Shown here piece by piece: positions 23,726 to 39,041 of a DNA stretch of 64,000 nt. A program made the position numbers and the translations under genes. The stretch is from Raja brachyura (lineage: Eukaryota), in assembly GCA_963514005.1 (NCBI GenBank), contig OY740807.1, positions 19,778,001 to 19,842,000 on the forward strand, read 5' to 3'. Position 1 is the stretch's first letter; every line of letters starts with the position of its first letter. The notes beneath the pieces are model-generated. The model saw only the letters and a program-made list of their open reading frames with translations, had not been told where the DNA came from and did no database searches.

Positions 23726-24452
23726 TGGGAAACTTTGATTCCGCTGTGTGGGGATGTTTGTGTTAAAGACTATCGTGTTCTGTGTTTTTTTAATTCAAAT
23801 GGTGACCGCAAATTTCACTGTACCAATTGGCGCATGTGACAATAAATGTCTCTTGTCGCTTGGCTTGTCTTCTTACAGCTGGTCAACTCCGGTGTGTGGT
23901 TGGCCTTGCTTCTGGAGCAGCTTGTGATGAAAAAGATTGAGGGAAAAAACATCGAGGTCATATTGAGCTTTACTTAACAGCAGTCTCCCTTTCAGGGTTT
24001 GTAGATAAATTGGCCTCTGTTAATTGCCCCTCGTGTGTAGGGAGTGGATGAAAAAATGGGATGACATCGAACTAGTGTGAACAAGTGATCAGTGACTCGG
24101 TGGGCTGAAGGACCTGTTTCCATGCTGCAGCTTTAAAGGAAAGGATTTCTGGACTGATTTACTTTGTAGACCTCATCATTCAGATCATCAACCCCATGCC
24201 TGCTCTTTATGGAGCTATCTCTTCCATTCCAATCATTTGATCTTTCCTCGGAGCCCTGCAAATGATTTTCCTTCTGTGTCTGCCCAATTCTCTTTTGAAA
24301 GCCCTGACTGATTCTGTTTCCATCACATTTGAAGACACAAAGTTCCAGATTACAGACACAATGGTTGTATCCTGCGGACACTTGCATAACTCAAATGTTA
24401 TGCAAGTCGGAAACTGAGGTGCTATTGTGCACTTATAAATTTACTATTCAAC

Positions 24453-24815
24453 GTGGAGACCACGTGGGAGTTAGTGAGCTTGTGTCAGGGAGTGCCTGTA
24501 TACCCTTACTCTATTTAAAATATGTTTCTTTACATCCCTCCATTACTTCAGGTCAGGTCGGGGGGGGGGTTGAGTTTCCCCCCCCCCCCCCCCCCCCGCC
24601 ACAGGTACCATGTAATCCCCTACTACCTGCTCCATGGTTGGATAGTTGGTGACTAAACCGTCTCCCCCACCTGGAGTGGGCTGTGAAAGACCTGTCAAAG
24701 GGCGGATGAGCTCCTAGCGAGCCAACAGCCATCCACACTTCAGTAGAAGTTGCGATCACTGTTGTACATATCATTGTAAGGCACGGTGCCTATTGATGTT
24801 TTCGATGATGATGAT
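24453..24815 (+). mobile_element. Short retroposon with (GAT)n tail, probably RTE-mobilised
   Basis: Ends GATGATGATGAT, with an imperfect TSD CTATTCAAC / CTATTAAC. Confidence 0.45.
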
Positions 24816-27164
24816 CTATTAACATCTTTTGATGTTATGTATAGAACATAATTTCAATATTTGCACAGGATTGAAAACTTGAAGTGTGGTAGATACTGAG
24901 GGAGACAGTAATGAACTGTAAAAGAACAATCTGTAAAGATTAACACCGAGAAGTGTAAAATAATTTTGGTTGGATGAACAAAGAGGCAATATCATCTAAA
25001 TTGGTCCAGGCACAAAGAACGAGGGTGTGGATTGACTGGAGAAACTGAGGTTATTCTCCCTTAAATAGAGAAAATTGATGAGTAATTTAATTGAAATGCT
25101 CAAATCTAAAGGGTTTAAACACAGTAAACGAAGATAGATAGTTTGCATTAGTAGTGGTGGGGTTTTTACTATTTTGCAGTTGTGAAAAGTCAATATGGAC
25201 ATCAGCCAAATAGTTGTCTGTGCCTCTTCTATAGTTCTAAAAGTTGGGCTTGAGAGCAAATTCAACATCAATTAAATTTAAAAATAAATAATTGGTAGCT
25301 TCGAATCTTTTAATAAAATGGAGCTTTATGCATGGTAATAACCCAAGCAATCCAAGGCATAGTAATTCACAGGAATGAAAATTAGTATAGAAAATAGTCT
25401 GTTGGTGATGCACAAGAAGTTATGTGCTTCACGTTATCCATATTGCAACTGTTGCTAATTTTATTTTCGGTATTAAGGTCTTTTCCCCTGCTGTGTGAGC
25501 ATCCTGCAATTTAACAGTAGAATTTCAAATAGGCTGCATTTGACTAAATGCTATCATGTTTCCACTCTTGACTTCAGATTACTCTTGAATTGTTTCCAGT
25601 CCTAGAAGGTATAACTCGCTGTGAAAATGCTCTTATTAATACAAGGTTTGTATTAATAAGAGATTGAAACTGATCCCCCCCCCCCCAGATATTTAACCTC
25701 CTCGACTCCAGTGAGAAATGTTTTCCTTTAAGACTTTCTAGATATTTTATATTTAATCGCAATCATAATGAATTTGGGCCAGTCATTTTCAAGACTCTAT
25801 CCTATTTGAAAATTTGCAAATAGTTAATTATTATTAGTCCCTTCATTTTTTTTCAGCTGCTCTCAGTTGTATTCTCACCTTGGCCCTCCATTCAAAACCG
25901 GGTATAATAGTCTCTAATACCATATAATTCTCAATCTATTTTATATGCATGCTCCTCCTTCATAATATCACTTGTTTTTAAACTGCCACTGTGCAGTATG
26001 ATTGTATATTAGATCTTAAATTGTTGCCTGCTATTGGCAGACTAAAATCTCAATTTGTTTCACCATTTAATATTCAACTAATATAACTTGTTTTCACCCT
26101 AAATTGTGTTCAATTGTATGTATGTTATGGAAGACTGTGTCTTGCCCTTTAATTACATTTTTGGGTAGCTACCTATTGTAGCGCCTTCAGCATTGAGAAT
26201 GGATTTCTGGAATCCCCATTCTCCACAATCATTCTCTATTTTGGCTATTGTTGCTGTTTAAATCGAACATTGTTTAAATCTTTTTAATATATCAACAAAC
26301 AGAAGGTCTAAATGATTGATTATAATAAATAAACACCTTTTTTTACTTCTGTAATATACAATCATATGGGATTGGGATACTCTTTTGAGCTTCAGAAATT
26401 TGATGAGTCCGCTGTTAAAATGTACTTTAATGTGAAAGATCTTTTGGATAATGAAGTGGTGGAATCTGGGTAAGAAATGCTAAGTACTTATTAAGGTTAA
26501 TTTTAATGCAGCTTTGATCGAATCACCTCCTCAATCTAACCTACATCTCTTGCATGGTATTTAATACGCTTAACATGGATAGCCCATATTTATTATGTCT
26601 AAAATACTGCATGTTGAAGATTCAGAGCCAGGTAGAATTCTGTAAATAGGCAAATGATCAAGAAATGAAAAAAAATTCACTATCCAAATATTGTATCATT
26701 ATTTGGATATTCATTCCTGTTATCACATCCAGGTCTATTGTTGAAGAATATCTGGGCATTGTAATTGTATTAAAATGTGTAACATGCTTTAGAACTTCTA
26801 AATTCGTTTGAAGATTTACCCTTTTAGTTTTCAATTTGTTTGATACATGCTGTCAACATGATGCATTGTTCTTTGATGTATGGTCACTAGAGTGATGCAT
26901 TTATGAACATGTTCACAAGTTGATGCTACAGTAGATGTCTAAGCCCCACATAAATAGAACCCAGGTCGCTGGTGCTGAGAGACAACAGTTCTACGAGCTC
27001 TGCCACCAGAAAAATAACTACCAACTGCCATAGTTCAATTATGACTCAGTAAACCTACAGCTCTTGAAGTAAACTTTCAAGTACTTTTTGAACTTGAGGC
27101 AGCTTTCTGTGTCTGCAGCTTGTTAGTTGTTAGGAAATGAGTTACACAAATATTGGATGCTGTG

Positions 27165-27505
27165 CGCAACGGAGATGTCCGGAAAGGACCCGGCAGCGAT
27201 AGTGGAGAGGTCGGTGCGGCGGTCGATGATGGTGCCTACTGACAGACGTAGACGGCCAACTTGGAGTGAGGAAGCCGCTGCCTAGGGAAGGAACGACGGA
27301 GGACCCGGCGTGTGGGGACTGCCGTGAGGGAGGGGGAGCACAATGGACTGGAGGACCCGGCGTGGGGGGGACTGCCGAGAATGGGGAAGCCGGAGAACAA
27401 TGGCGAACCTGGCGCGGATACTGTATACTTTGTAACTTTGTCAGCACCCTTGTACCTTGGGTATACAAGCAAGGAATTTCACTGACTTGTCACATGTGAC
27501 AAAGT
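27165..27505 (+). mobile_element. GC-rich short element with LINE-like 3' tail
   Basis: Internal duplicate GGAGGACCCGGCGTG.GGGGACTGCCG. The 3' end AATTTCACTG...CACATGTGACAA is shared with other tails (about 23810-23850, 53715-53760). Confidence 0.5.
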
Positions 27506-27939
27506 GTTCTTCAGCTACAATCCTGATCTCAAGCGAGTGATCAGTATGAAAATAAACCATGGGATTGACGTGAAAACATGATAAGCAAGTTTTTGGAGAG
27601 TGGTTTTATAGAAGTATGCGAGGTAGCAATTGATTTGAAAAGAGCTAATCTGAAATGTTATTAACTAAAATTAAACAGTTAAATGGAGATAAGTGCACAA
27701 CTGCAAAACAATTAACAGATGTTGGGATTGACACCAGGTGCTTTTTTTTTGCAGTTGGTTCAGATGTCAAAAATGGTATGCAATTACTTGATGTATTACC
27801 AAAGGAAATGCCAGTTTGCTTGCAACGGTGTGATGTACTGGCTTAAATCTGACACATTGTTCTTATAAAGATTAAATGATAGCAATTAGGTAGACAATTT
27901 TTTCTGATTCTGTAATCATAAAGTCAACTTCGCCGTGTA

Positions 27940-28690
27940 AATATCACTAGTAATTTGCATTAGTTGATGCTATGGCTATGAAAGCATACCACTTCTACTT
28001 CCCAAGAAAGCTAAGGAAATTTTGCATTTCTCCAGTGATTCAACAATTTTTACAGATGCACCCTACAAAGCATCCTATCCTTGATGCTGCCTGTCCCGCT
28101 GAGTTGCTCCAGCATGTTGTGGCCATCTTTGGTTTAAACCAGCATCTTCAGTTCCTTCCTACATGAAGCATCCTATCTGACTGTTTTTACAGCTTGGTAT
28201 GGCAACTGTTCTGCTCATGGCTGCAAGAAATTGCAGGGATTTATAAATGTAAGATCATCACGCTAACCAGCCTCCACCACCATTTGGACCCCCCCCCCCC
28301 AAAAAAAATCAACTCCATGCTGCCATGATAAAACAGCCAATATAATCAATGACCGTTCACTCTTTGGGTGTTTTCACGTCTACCCTCTCCTGTCGGGCAG
28401 AAGATATAAAAGCTTGAAACCATGCACCACCAGATTCAAGAACAGCTTCTTCCCCACTGTTATCCTACTTGGACAGACTGCATATGCTGAGGATGAATTC
28501 CGATCTTCCAATCTGCCTATTGCACCCCTTGCACTTGTTTTTATCTGCACTTCCTCTGCAGCTGTAACACTATTCTAAATTCTGTTTATCTTTTTCACAA
28601 TACCTGATATGCCTGTCATAGTTTGCCTGGACAGCAAGTAAAACAAAACTACGCTGTATCTCAGTATATGTAACAATAATAAATAAATAT
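27940..28690 (+). mobile_element. Degenerate Rex/Babar-type LINE 3' fragment with Penelope-derived insert
   Basis: Similar to the reverse complement of 43823-44390 (cacttctacttcc...accaccagattcaagaacagcttcttcccc). Confidence 0.6.
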
Positions 28691-31600
28691 AATGTATCTA
28701 ATCAGTTCACAAAATTATCATACTTTACTGGATTTAAAAAATATATCTTTGCTTTGTTACTCCGACAAGCATACCTCTTAAATAGGGTCTCTGTAGTTGA
28801 TTGAAAGTCATTTTGGGAATTCCTTCTCAACATATTGTACCATAAAGGGTTACCTTCCAATGGTTTATTAAAAAAATAATAACAGATTATTTACAAATTA
28901 AAGCACAGATAACTTGTGTCAGTTTTATTCCTCAGGAGCTTTGTCTTTCTTATTTTGTCTATATATCTTATTTGTATCTCTGTCATGTAATTAATGCCTG
29001 CTTAAGTTCTACTTGCTCTGTTTCCTTCAGCTTCATCTATTAATAAATTCTTCTACTCTGTGTGATTATTTTTCTTGGCCTGGTAAAGTAAGCCAGGTGT
29101 TGTTTGATATCAGAAAGATGATATCAAAAAGGTGATATCATTTGGCTTATTAGATAACATTCAAACAGTAAAATGGAAATTAGATTTAGTTTATTCTGTT
29201 TTGAACTAAATTTTGTATCCAGAAGGATCTATCAACTCTTTTGATATTTTGATCTTCTAAAATAACATGGACCATCCGGATCTTTCAACAGACTATTCTG
29301 AAATATCTGTCCAAAGACTTAAATTTATCTGTTGAACCAAATTTACATTGGAAAACAACACTGTATGTACTGCTAATTTACCTTGACTATACGATAGCAT
29401 TAAAGATATTGAAATGCAGTTTGTAGGGTGTTTCACCTCAGCAAGGTGATGCTGATATCAATGAGTTGATAGCTGCCTTCTGGTTGAGACTATTCCTTGC
29501 ATAATGGAAGATGACTGTAATCATTATTGAAGGTATTCAGCTCAGTCCAAGGATGATCATCTAATCTGAAGCATCTTCAACTTCTTCGTAAAAACCTTTC
29601 ACCACAAGGTCACAAGATGAAGCAGTACCTGCCTGCTTTTAACAGGACCTGGACAACACTCGTGCATTAGTTCATAAAAGTTACCATCCAAGTGTCAGCT
29701 GTGGTGAGAGGCTTCAACAACTTCCTTCAATAGTCAGCAACATTGCCGTTGCATGGCTTCCATCCATAGTTTGAGGGCCTTATTAATCGGAAAGTGAACT
29801 ACTTTATGGATATTGGATGTGTATATGTGTGAGATTAGAAGCTGGTTATCTTGCAGCTAGTGACTCCTCTTCAGTCTGCCTCCAATCTTTCCACCACCTG
29901 CAAGGTACAAGTCAGAAATAGTTTTGTTTTTTTATTGTCACCAAGGTACAGTGAAAAGCTTTTTGTTGCATGCTCTCCTGTCAAGGAAAAAATTATCGTT
30001 GATTACAACCAAGCCATCCACAGTGTACAGATAAAGTATAAAGGGTATATGCATTTAGTGTAAGATGAAGACTGATTGAAAATAGTTCAAACGTTTCCAA
30101 TGAGGTGGATGTGGGGAGATCAGGACTGCATTCTAGCTGGTAAAGAGGACGATTTAGATGCCTGATAACAGCAGCAGCGTAATTGAATATTGTTCACTTG
30201 CCTAGATAAGTGTAATCCCAATCGGTTTCAAAACTTGATATCACCCTGAAGCAATTAGACCATTCGCTTCCTTAAATATTCACTCCCTTTCCCACTGGTT
30301 GTCTGTGGCTAAAGTGTGAGGATCATCTTCAACATCAATTGCAGCAGTTTATCATAGCTTCTTCAAAAGCAGCACCCAAAATCACCTTCTTGTTGACAAA
30401 TATGGATGTATGATACTTTGCCAATAACAATATTCGCAATATATTCAATTTTCCATAGCTGAATATAAAAAGACTTGAGATTACCAGGCTGTTAAATATG
30501 CCATGTAGTCTAAAATAAAAAATCGGCTTGTTATTTCTGCTGAAAATGGAAAATAAATTGCACTTGGTATTAATGGAAACCTTGCATGATTCTTTTGTTT
30601 ACAAGTCATTTATGGCCTAGTTGGTGCATCTAGAGCTCTTATTATGTTCTAGCATTGGAACAAATTATGAATTGTTCCAGGTTTACATCTGAAGAAGTAG
30701 AATTGCAGAGTAAATAGACTTCTATGAAAATGGAGGCATAACATCTTAATGTTGTCTAGATATTCACACGCATTCTCCTGAATTCAGTCATACGAAATGT
30801 AATGCCTCTTGGGTACATTTTTATGGCTGTTTTAGTCTTCCTTCTGTGTTTACTAATCAGTACTCGTTTTCCCCCTAGAATTATTACCTGATGTTTATCT
30901 TTGTTACTTGTTTTGAATACATTATGTCACGGTTGGATTTTCTTTGCATAATAGAAATGTAAGCAGTAATAATCTTGTAAAATAATTTAAAAACTAGAAA
31001 ATCAAACATGACATTTCATGTAGTGATTTATGAAGTTTAAACCCATCTGATTCTAGTTCTTGTGACAAGTACACTATCAAAATAGTTGAATGTATAAAGT
31101 GCAGCTTTTTTTTACATTTAGTACATTACAATTCTACTTGTATGACTGACTTGGCAAATGAAATTCCTTGTATGTTGCGAAACATACTTGGCTAATAAAG
31201 TATTATTGTGATTATGGTGGACAATATTAATAATCCTAAAGTGACCTCCAATCTCATTTTGATACTGAATTTATTTAATTATGCCTAAAATTAAAATACT
31301 GTTGTAACAGAGTTATCTGATTATCATGACGCAACTGTTTCACTGACTCCTTGTAGGGAAGAAAATTGCTGCCCTTTTGTGATACCTTCTCGGTGTGGGT
31401 TAAACATGGAAAAATAAATCTGCTGATTGTCCTCTCTATTGATCAATCAAGAGAGATGCATGGAACTTTAGGTACTGGTTTACAAAGAACAAGACCAAAG
31501 TGCTATAGTAACTCGGCAGGTCTGGCAGAATCTCTGGGTTATGAATAGTGACATCGGGTCAGGGTCCTCCTTTAGACTGACACTGATGAAACATTTGTCT

Positions 31601-31880
31601 TCCTTGATGAGCGTTGCTCAGAATGAGCATTTGATAATATGAATACAGAATGTGCTCTTTGACTTCAGTATATATAACAAAAAAGGACAGGTACCACCAC
31701 TATTACCAACCTGGCTATGTCCCAAACAGTAAAGTTGTTAGAATGAATTTGTATCTGAAGATATGTACAACATGAAGGGAAAATAAACTACTTCCCTTCA
31801 CCAATCAACTTACTACAGATCAGCTCTCTGGTCACTGACCATTGGACAATGCAGGTGGAGAAGAATGCTAATTCCATAAT

Positions 31881-32063
31881 GTGTAGCAAGGAACTGCAGA
31901 TGCTGGTTTAAACCGAAGATAGACACAAAATGCCTACGGGACAGGCAGCATCTCTGGATAGAAGGAATGGGTGACGTTTCGGGTTGTGACCAGTCTGAAG
32001 AAGGGTCTCGACCCGAAAAAGCACCCATTCCTTCTATCCAGAGATGCTACCTGTCCTGCTGGG
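31881..32063. mobile_element. Penelope-derived hairpin mini-element
   Basis: Inverted arms, CTGAAGAAGGGTCTCGACCCGAAA core, and CCATAAT duplicated (31874-31880, 32064-32070). Confidence 0.75.
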
Positions 32064-34014
32064 CCATAATATTTGCAGCAACCATCTCCATGCAAATTAG
32101 GATAGATTGAAAACTGATTAAACAACATGAAGCTGGGAATCAATGAAAGGCCATGGCTATAAGCAGCAGGATTATATTACAGTTTGCAACATGAAGGAAT
32201 ATAGTATAATTTTCTCTTGTGTTTACGATTCAACAAAGAATAAAAGAATGAATCCCGAACAATACCAGGTGTAAGTAATGTGCCAACCTGGTGAGGCTAC
32301 ATCAAAGGGCAAATCTATGCTAAACTGGAGAAAAAGCACACTCCAGCAGTGCTGAGTGATCCCACATCCACTGGATTGGATCAAAGCTCAGCAGTGCTAC
32401 CATGCTCAGTGAATAAACATGTCACCCTCAGATTGAGGAACTTGCGATATGAGTGCAAAAGAAAGGACTGAACCATATACTACCGTTTTCAGCCAGAAAT
32501 ACTAACTGTTTAATTTACACCAGCATCCTTCTGCAGATCAAATATTTGGTACTTTGGCTGAAAATGATACTAGATGGTTCAGTTAATTTAATCACTGTGC
32601 TGTCAAGAAATTACTGGGTGCAGTAGATGGAGCAAATAAGTCAGACAAAAGCCTGGCTAAAGACTTGTATCCCAGAACAATGCTTCTGGCTAAGGCTGTT
32701 CCATTTCAGCAACAACACTTGCAAACCTAACAAATCTGGGAATCATCCAGATATGCCTTTCGACAAAAAGCAGTACACTCCAATCCATCCAATTACCTAC
32801 CCATCATGAGCAGTGAAGGGAACTTGTATCAAACATGTTTCAAACAGCACCTGATGACCAGCTCCTCGGGCTCCAGTTTGGTTTGGCTTGGCCGGTACAA
32901 ATATTGTCTAATTTACAATCTTGATCCAAACATAGAAATTGGCATTAACCTAATGCCTGTCACTTATTTTCAGGACATCCTTAAGTACTTTGTATCAAGT
33001 GAAATTATTTTGAAAAAAAAAGATGCTAAGTGCTGGAGTTGGTGGGTCGGGCAGTATCTCTGGAGAACATTTGGGTTCAGGACCCTTCTTCAGACTGAAT
33101 AGTTCTTCAGAATAGTTTTGAAATGTAGTTACTGTTGCAATAACAAGGCAGGCAAATTTTACCCAGCAAGATCCCACAAAAATTTGTTAATGACTGATAG
33201 TATCCCTAAAAGCCGTTTTTAATTTGTGCATAGGATATTCTACACTCACTTTAGAGAAAGCAAGTCTGACTTTTTATCTGATGACCAAATGTGGGTCAAA
33301 TATTTGAATTCCAAATATCACTTAAAGGCTACTTTGATATCAAGCACCGCTAGTAGAATTGAAGTCAAAGGTAAATATTTACAGTGCTCCCTGGCAGGAA
33401 AGGTGTTGATTGTCAGAGGTCAGTCATGCAGCTCTCGCTTAAGGCTGCAAGAATTTCCTACGGCCCACTATTGTAGGCATCTATATTCATGACCTTCCCT
33501 TCATCGTAGGATCAGAGAGAGAATGTTAGCATTACTGTGTTGAAGGATTCGGAGCTCATTATGTAATTAAGCAATCAGTTGGGTCCAAACTCAGAGCCCA
33601 AAATAGTCTTTATAAACCCTCCACTTCCCAATACCATCCAAGCACCTGCCAAGCCCTCAGCCGTTATTACCTAGAAGGACAAGACAGCAGACAGATGGGA
33701 AATCCTGCCCCAAGTTCCCTCCAAGTCATGCATCACTTTGACTTGGAACCAGATTGATTATTCTGTCAAAATGTTGGAACTGGATCAAAATGTTGGAACT
33801 GCCTATACTCAGTTCATCAGCTCTATCTTCACCGTAAGGTTTGAAGAAACTCAAAGGCAGCTCAATTTTATCTTGAGGACAAAGTTGATGGGCAATAAAT
33901 GCTAACCTTGGTGAAGATACTCAATAATAACATGAATAATTTTTGAATGTGTGGTTGAATGTATGATGTATATGGAGTAAACGCTCTTCTGTCATTAATG
34001 CAGACGGCACTGCA

Positions 34015-34185
34015 ATGTGGGCCTCCTGCTGCAACTGGTTCTGCGTGGACAACCAGACGATGGATGAACCTGAATACACCCCTAGAAGGCAGGCGTACAC
34101 TAACGCGGGCTACAATTCTCAGTCACCTCCATTGGAAAACACATGTAGAGCGTGCGGTTCTCAGTTTGAAAATGCCTCACGGAAG
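34015..34185 (+). CDS. RFFL: RFFL E3 ubiquitin ligase, first coding exon (exon starts 34004)
   Basis: Acceptor atgcag|acggcactgcaATG, then MWASCCNWFCVDNQ...CRACGSQFENASRK, donor AAG|GTAAGT. Human RFFL begins MWATCCNWFC. Confidence 0.97.
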
Positions 34186-34343
34186 GTAAGTACATATTGT
34201 AAGATGGAGATTAAAATTACATTGAACAGTACCACACAAGAATTGGCCCGCCAGCCCAAAATGTCCACACCTAACATGATGCCAAGTTAAACCAATCTCC
34301 TCTGTCTATATGGATCCATATCCCTCCTTTCCCTGCAGATCTA

Positions 34344-35932
34344 CTGTGCCCTCCATAATGTTTGGGACAAAGACCCATTATTTATTTATTTGCCTCTGTA
34401 TTCCACAATTTGAGATTTGTAATAGAAAAAAAAACATTTTGTTAAAGTGCACATTGTCAAATTTTAATAAAAGCCTTTTTATACATTTTGGTTTCACCAT
34501 GTAGAAATTACAGCAGTGTTTATACATAGTCCCCCCATTTCAGGGCACCATAATGTTTGGGACACGGCAATGTCATGTAAATGAAAGTAGTCGTGTTTAG
34601 TATTTTGTTGCATATCCCCCTTAGTATTTTGTTGTATATGACTGCTTGAAGTCTGTGATTCATGGACATCACCAGTTGCTGGGTGTCTTCTCTGGTGATG
34701 CTCTGCCAGGCCTGTATTGCAGTCATCTTTAGCTTATGCTTGTTTTGGGAGCTAGTCCCCTTCAGTTTCTCTTCAGCATATAAAAGGCTGCTCAATTGGG
34801 TTCAGATAGGGTGATTGACTTGGCCACTCAAGAAGTGACCATTTTTTAACTTTGAAAAACTTGTTGCTTTAGCAGTATGTTTCGGATCATTGTCTTGCTG
34901 TAGAATGAACCATCTATACACATTGGGTCATTATCCTACAACCATCAGTAGTTGTATCATTAATGAAAATGTTAGCTAGTACCTTCAGCAGCCATACATG
35001 CCCAGGCCATAACACCCCCACCACCGTGTTTCACAGATGAGGTAGTATGCTTTGGATCTTGGGCAGTTCCTTCTCTCCTCCATACTTTGCTCTTGCCATC
35101 ACTCTGATATATAAGTTAATTTTCGTCTCATCTGTCCACAAGACCTTTTTTCCGGAACTGTGGTTGCTCTTTTAAGTATTTTGTGGCAAACTGTAACCCG
35201 GCCATCCTATTTTTGCGGCTAACCAATGGTTTGCACCTTGCAGTGTATCCTCTGTATTTCTGTTCATGAAGTCTTCTGCTGACAGTGGTCATTGACAAAT
35301 CCAAACTTAAAGAGTGTTTCTGATCTGTCGGACAGGTGTTTATGGGATTTTTCTTGATTATAGTGCGAATTCTGTAATCAGGTGTGGAGGTCTTCCTTGG
35401 CCTGCCAGTCTCTTTGCGATTTGTAAACTCACCAGTGCTCTCTTTCTGAATGATGTTCCAAACAGTTGATTTTGTTAAGCTTCAGGTTTGGCTGAGATCT
35501 CTAACAGTTTTATTCTTGTTTCTCAGTCTCATAATGGCTTCTTTGACTTTCATTGGCACAACTTTGGTCCTCATGTCGATAAACAGCAATAAAAGTTTCC
35601 AACGGTGATGGAAACACTGGAGGAAAGACTATGTACTGAGAGCTCTCTTATACCTGTATTAAGGAGGCATTTAAACACACCTGAGCAATTACAAACACCT
35701 GTGAAGCCACGTGTCCCAAACATTATGGTGCCCTGAAACGGGGGGACTATGTATAAACACTGCTGTAATGTCTACACGGTGAAACCAAAATGTATAAATA
35801 TACCCTTTAATAAAATCTGACAATGTGCACTTTAACCACATGATTTTTTTCTATTACAAATCTCAAATTGTGGCGTACAGGGCCAAATAAATAAATGATG
35901 GATCTTTGTCCCAAACATTATGCAGGGCACTG
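34344..35932 (-). mobile_element. Tc1-family DNA transposon, second copy, defective
   Basis: TA|CTGTGCCC...GGGCACTG|TA. Same family as 1991-3542, with a frameshifted transposase, nested inside an older SINE/CR1 tail. Confidence 0.92.
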
Positions 35933-38900
35933 TATGTGCATATGCAAAAGCCTCTTAATGCCACTAGCATCTTGCCATTTTCACCATGGGGGGAAATAGG
36001 TTCTGGCTGTGTACCCTATCTTTTCCTCTCATTATTTAATATACTTCTATCAGGTTTCCCCTCAAACTCTGACATCCCAGAGCAAACAATCCAAGTTTGT
36101 CAAACCTCTCCTTAAAGTTGATCCAGAACTGCACACGATACTCAAAATGCGTCCTCACCAAAGTCCTGTGCAGCAGATATGCGACTTCCTTGACAGATGG
36201 AGGGACTTCAATACTCCTAAATTGATTGCATTGTCCTACTAGGAAATTGTGGTTGAGGCAACAAAGGTGAAAATTAGCAAATTTTCTCTTCTTTTGCATA
36301 TCTTATCAAGATTGTATTGCTGTAGAGTATACTGCTGACACAGGCTTGGTTGCCCTGCAGTTTAGTGTTTTCTGTCATGTGGTCTTTCTGAAGCCGACTG
36401 AATGGTGACCTGCGAAAAGTATACAAGATTGAGAGGAATTGAAAAGATACTCATTATATTTCTTCTGAGGATATCATAAACAAGGGTATATTTTTATGGT
36501 AAGACATGAAAGATTTAATAGGGAACTTTTGGGTGTTTTCTCTTCGCAAAGGCTGCCATGATGCTTTCATTTACTAAACTAATGGGATGATGCTGAGCTT
36601 TTTTACTTTGGAGTGCTAACTAAAATATCAATAACCATTTTTCATAATTTAAACAGGAACTTGATTCTTTTTAGGAAATACTTTAGCTCGTGTAAAAAAA
36701 ATTGTCAATCTTTGATTAAAATTATACTGTCTATTCATATATCCATTAATTTACTTCTGACCCTTTTCATCTGCTTGATCAATTAGTTGTCAAAAAAGAT
36801 TAGTTCTTCCCAAACTCCTCATGTAGCTGTACTTAGAAGTAACATGAGGCATTCCATTCTTCTAAATCTTGAGTGAAAACTAGTTACTGGTATCTATTAA
36901 TATGCTGAATGTAACCATTGAAAACATTTAAGATTAATATCAAAGCTATTGACCTTCAAGAAGACATTTATTCTTCGTGAAATATTTTCAAACACACCTG
37001 TGAATCGTGTCTTTCAGTAAAACGTGTCTTATGATCAAACCTGATATTCCAGTCTACAGTATAGAGATCAGTTTTAAAAATTCCATTTTAAATTACTTGC
37101 GTCATGCTTTTTGTAAGTTCTATTTATAAAATGGTGTCAGTTTCCTTGGGATCATTTATGAGCTATATTGTATGCAGTGTTTAAAAATGTGAGAATATGA
37201 CATAACCAAAGTTAATGAATCCATTGTGAATCTATATTGTAGACAAAGACTGAAAGACGTTTACCTTAAAAGGCTGAGGCTGAACAGAAAATTCCCAGAT
37301 TGACGTGTCCACCAATATCTTGCTTTGATCAAAATCTAGGCTGAAATCTAGTGAAGTACTGAGGAACTGTTGCATTTCTGAAGGTGCCTTATTTCAGTTG
37401 CAACATTAAGTCAAGCGCTGCTGAGGTGGACATGAGAGAACTAATTGTACTGTTCAGAGAAGAATAGAGGAGTTCTCCCCGGTTTCCTGACATATTTATT
37501 ACTCATACAATCCACTAGAGAAAAACATCACTTTGCTGTTGTGGGATCCTTTTGTGTATGTTGGTTGCCACATTTCATTATTGCAGGAACTCATTAATTA
37601 GCTTTAACGTGCATTGGAATGTGTTGAATTTATGAAAGGTGTGATTATAAATACAAGTCTGAACACTTTTTCACTACAATGATTTATCTTTCTCTCCTTT
37701 TCATTTTCTTCACTTTTCATGTTGACATCATCTATGGCACATACTATATAATAATGATGGGCTTCCATTCAAATAACCAAGCTCAATATTTTCAGTACCT
37801 CAGGACAGGAAAGGGATCTCTAAAACTAAAGCATTTACACCGGATATTCATGCAAGGAAGCATTTCTCTGTTCTTATTAGATTGGTGGCTACCTGATACA
37901 GAGTTTTAATGTTAACTGGCTAATTCTAAATGTTTACAATGGAGTAGTTGTGGGTGGGTATGTTAGAATTATGCATCCAGTACATATATTTAAAACACTA
38001 TCTCTTGTCAATATATCTAAATAAAGGCACCATAATCAAGAGTGCCATGTAATGATCATTAGGTACATTCTTTTCAACATCACTAGGAAAGATCAAAAAG
38101 ACTGAAATCATGCTAAGGACCTATAAGATCAAAGTCATTCTGTATGAAGTTCCCTTTGGGGACCAAAGAGGAAAACTGTGAATTAAGGTAGGAGATGTGG
38201 GGTCCTAAATGATTATTTTCCATCTGTATTTACCAAGGAGAAAGATATGTAGTTTATTGAGTGCAGGGCCACATTGATAGGCCAGAGCATGTCAGTATTA
38301 AGAAGGTGAGGTGTTAGATGTCTTGAAACAAAATATTGGATAAATCCCCAGGACCAGATGAGATCTATCCAAGAATGGTATAGGGAAAACAATGGAAGAG
38401 GCTGGAAACTTGACACAGATTTTTGCATCTTTATTTGCCACTAAAGACTAAAGAATAACTAACAATATTTTATTTCAGAGAGTAGTCTTGGATAAATAAG
38501 CAAGTTAACTATAGGCTAGTATGCCTTTTGCTGGTAAGGAAATTAATGGAGACAATTCAGAAAGGTAGTAATGTACATTTGGGAAGGTGGGAAACTGATA
38601 GGGGAGAGTCAACATAGCTTTGTGCTGGTGAAAAGGTTAAATGCTTTTAAATATATAAAAGATATATAATGGAATTCTGGACTAGGTTATAGCTTCTATT
38701 TCGTCTCAAGCAGGCCTTTTCCAGTGGATTGATAAGAGAGAGAGAGAGAGAGACAAGCCTGGGCTTGCCTCGAGTTGCTGTGTATAGAGCTAATGACCGA
38801 TGTCTTTGAAATGTATCTACCAATTGAAGAGAGAGAGAGAGAAGCCCAGACTTGCCTCAGTGATGTATATGAAGACAATGCCCGATGCCTTTGAGATGTC

Positions 38901-39041
38901 TTGTCTTGAAAGTACCAACTGATAAGATGCTTTTGAAATGTGTCTACTAATTGACGAGACACAAGCTCAGATGCATCCTGTGGTAATGTGTATTGACTAT
39001 CTCTGACTGTGACTAACATCTTTGGAATGTGACTAAGTGAC

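Noticed and set aside
24453-24560. Second HDV-like ribozyme at the 5' end of the (GAT)n-tailed element
   Set aside because: No consistent P1/P2/P3 pairing could be built by eye.
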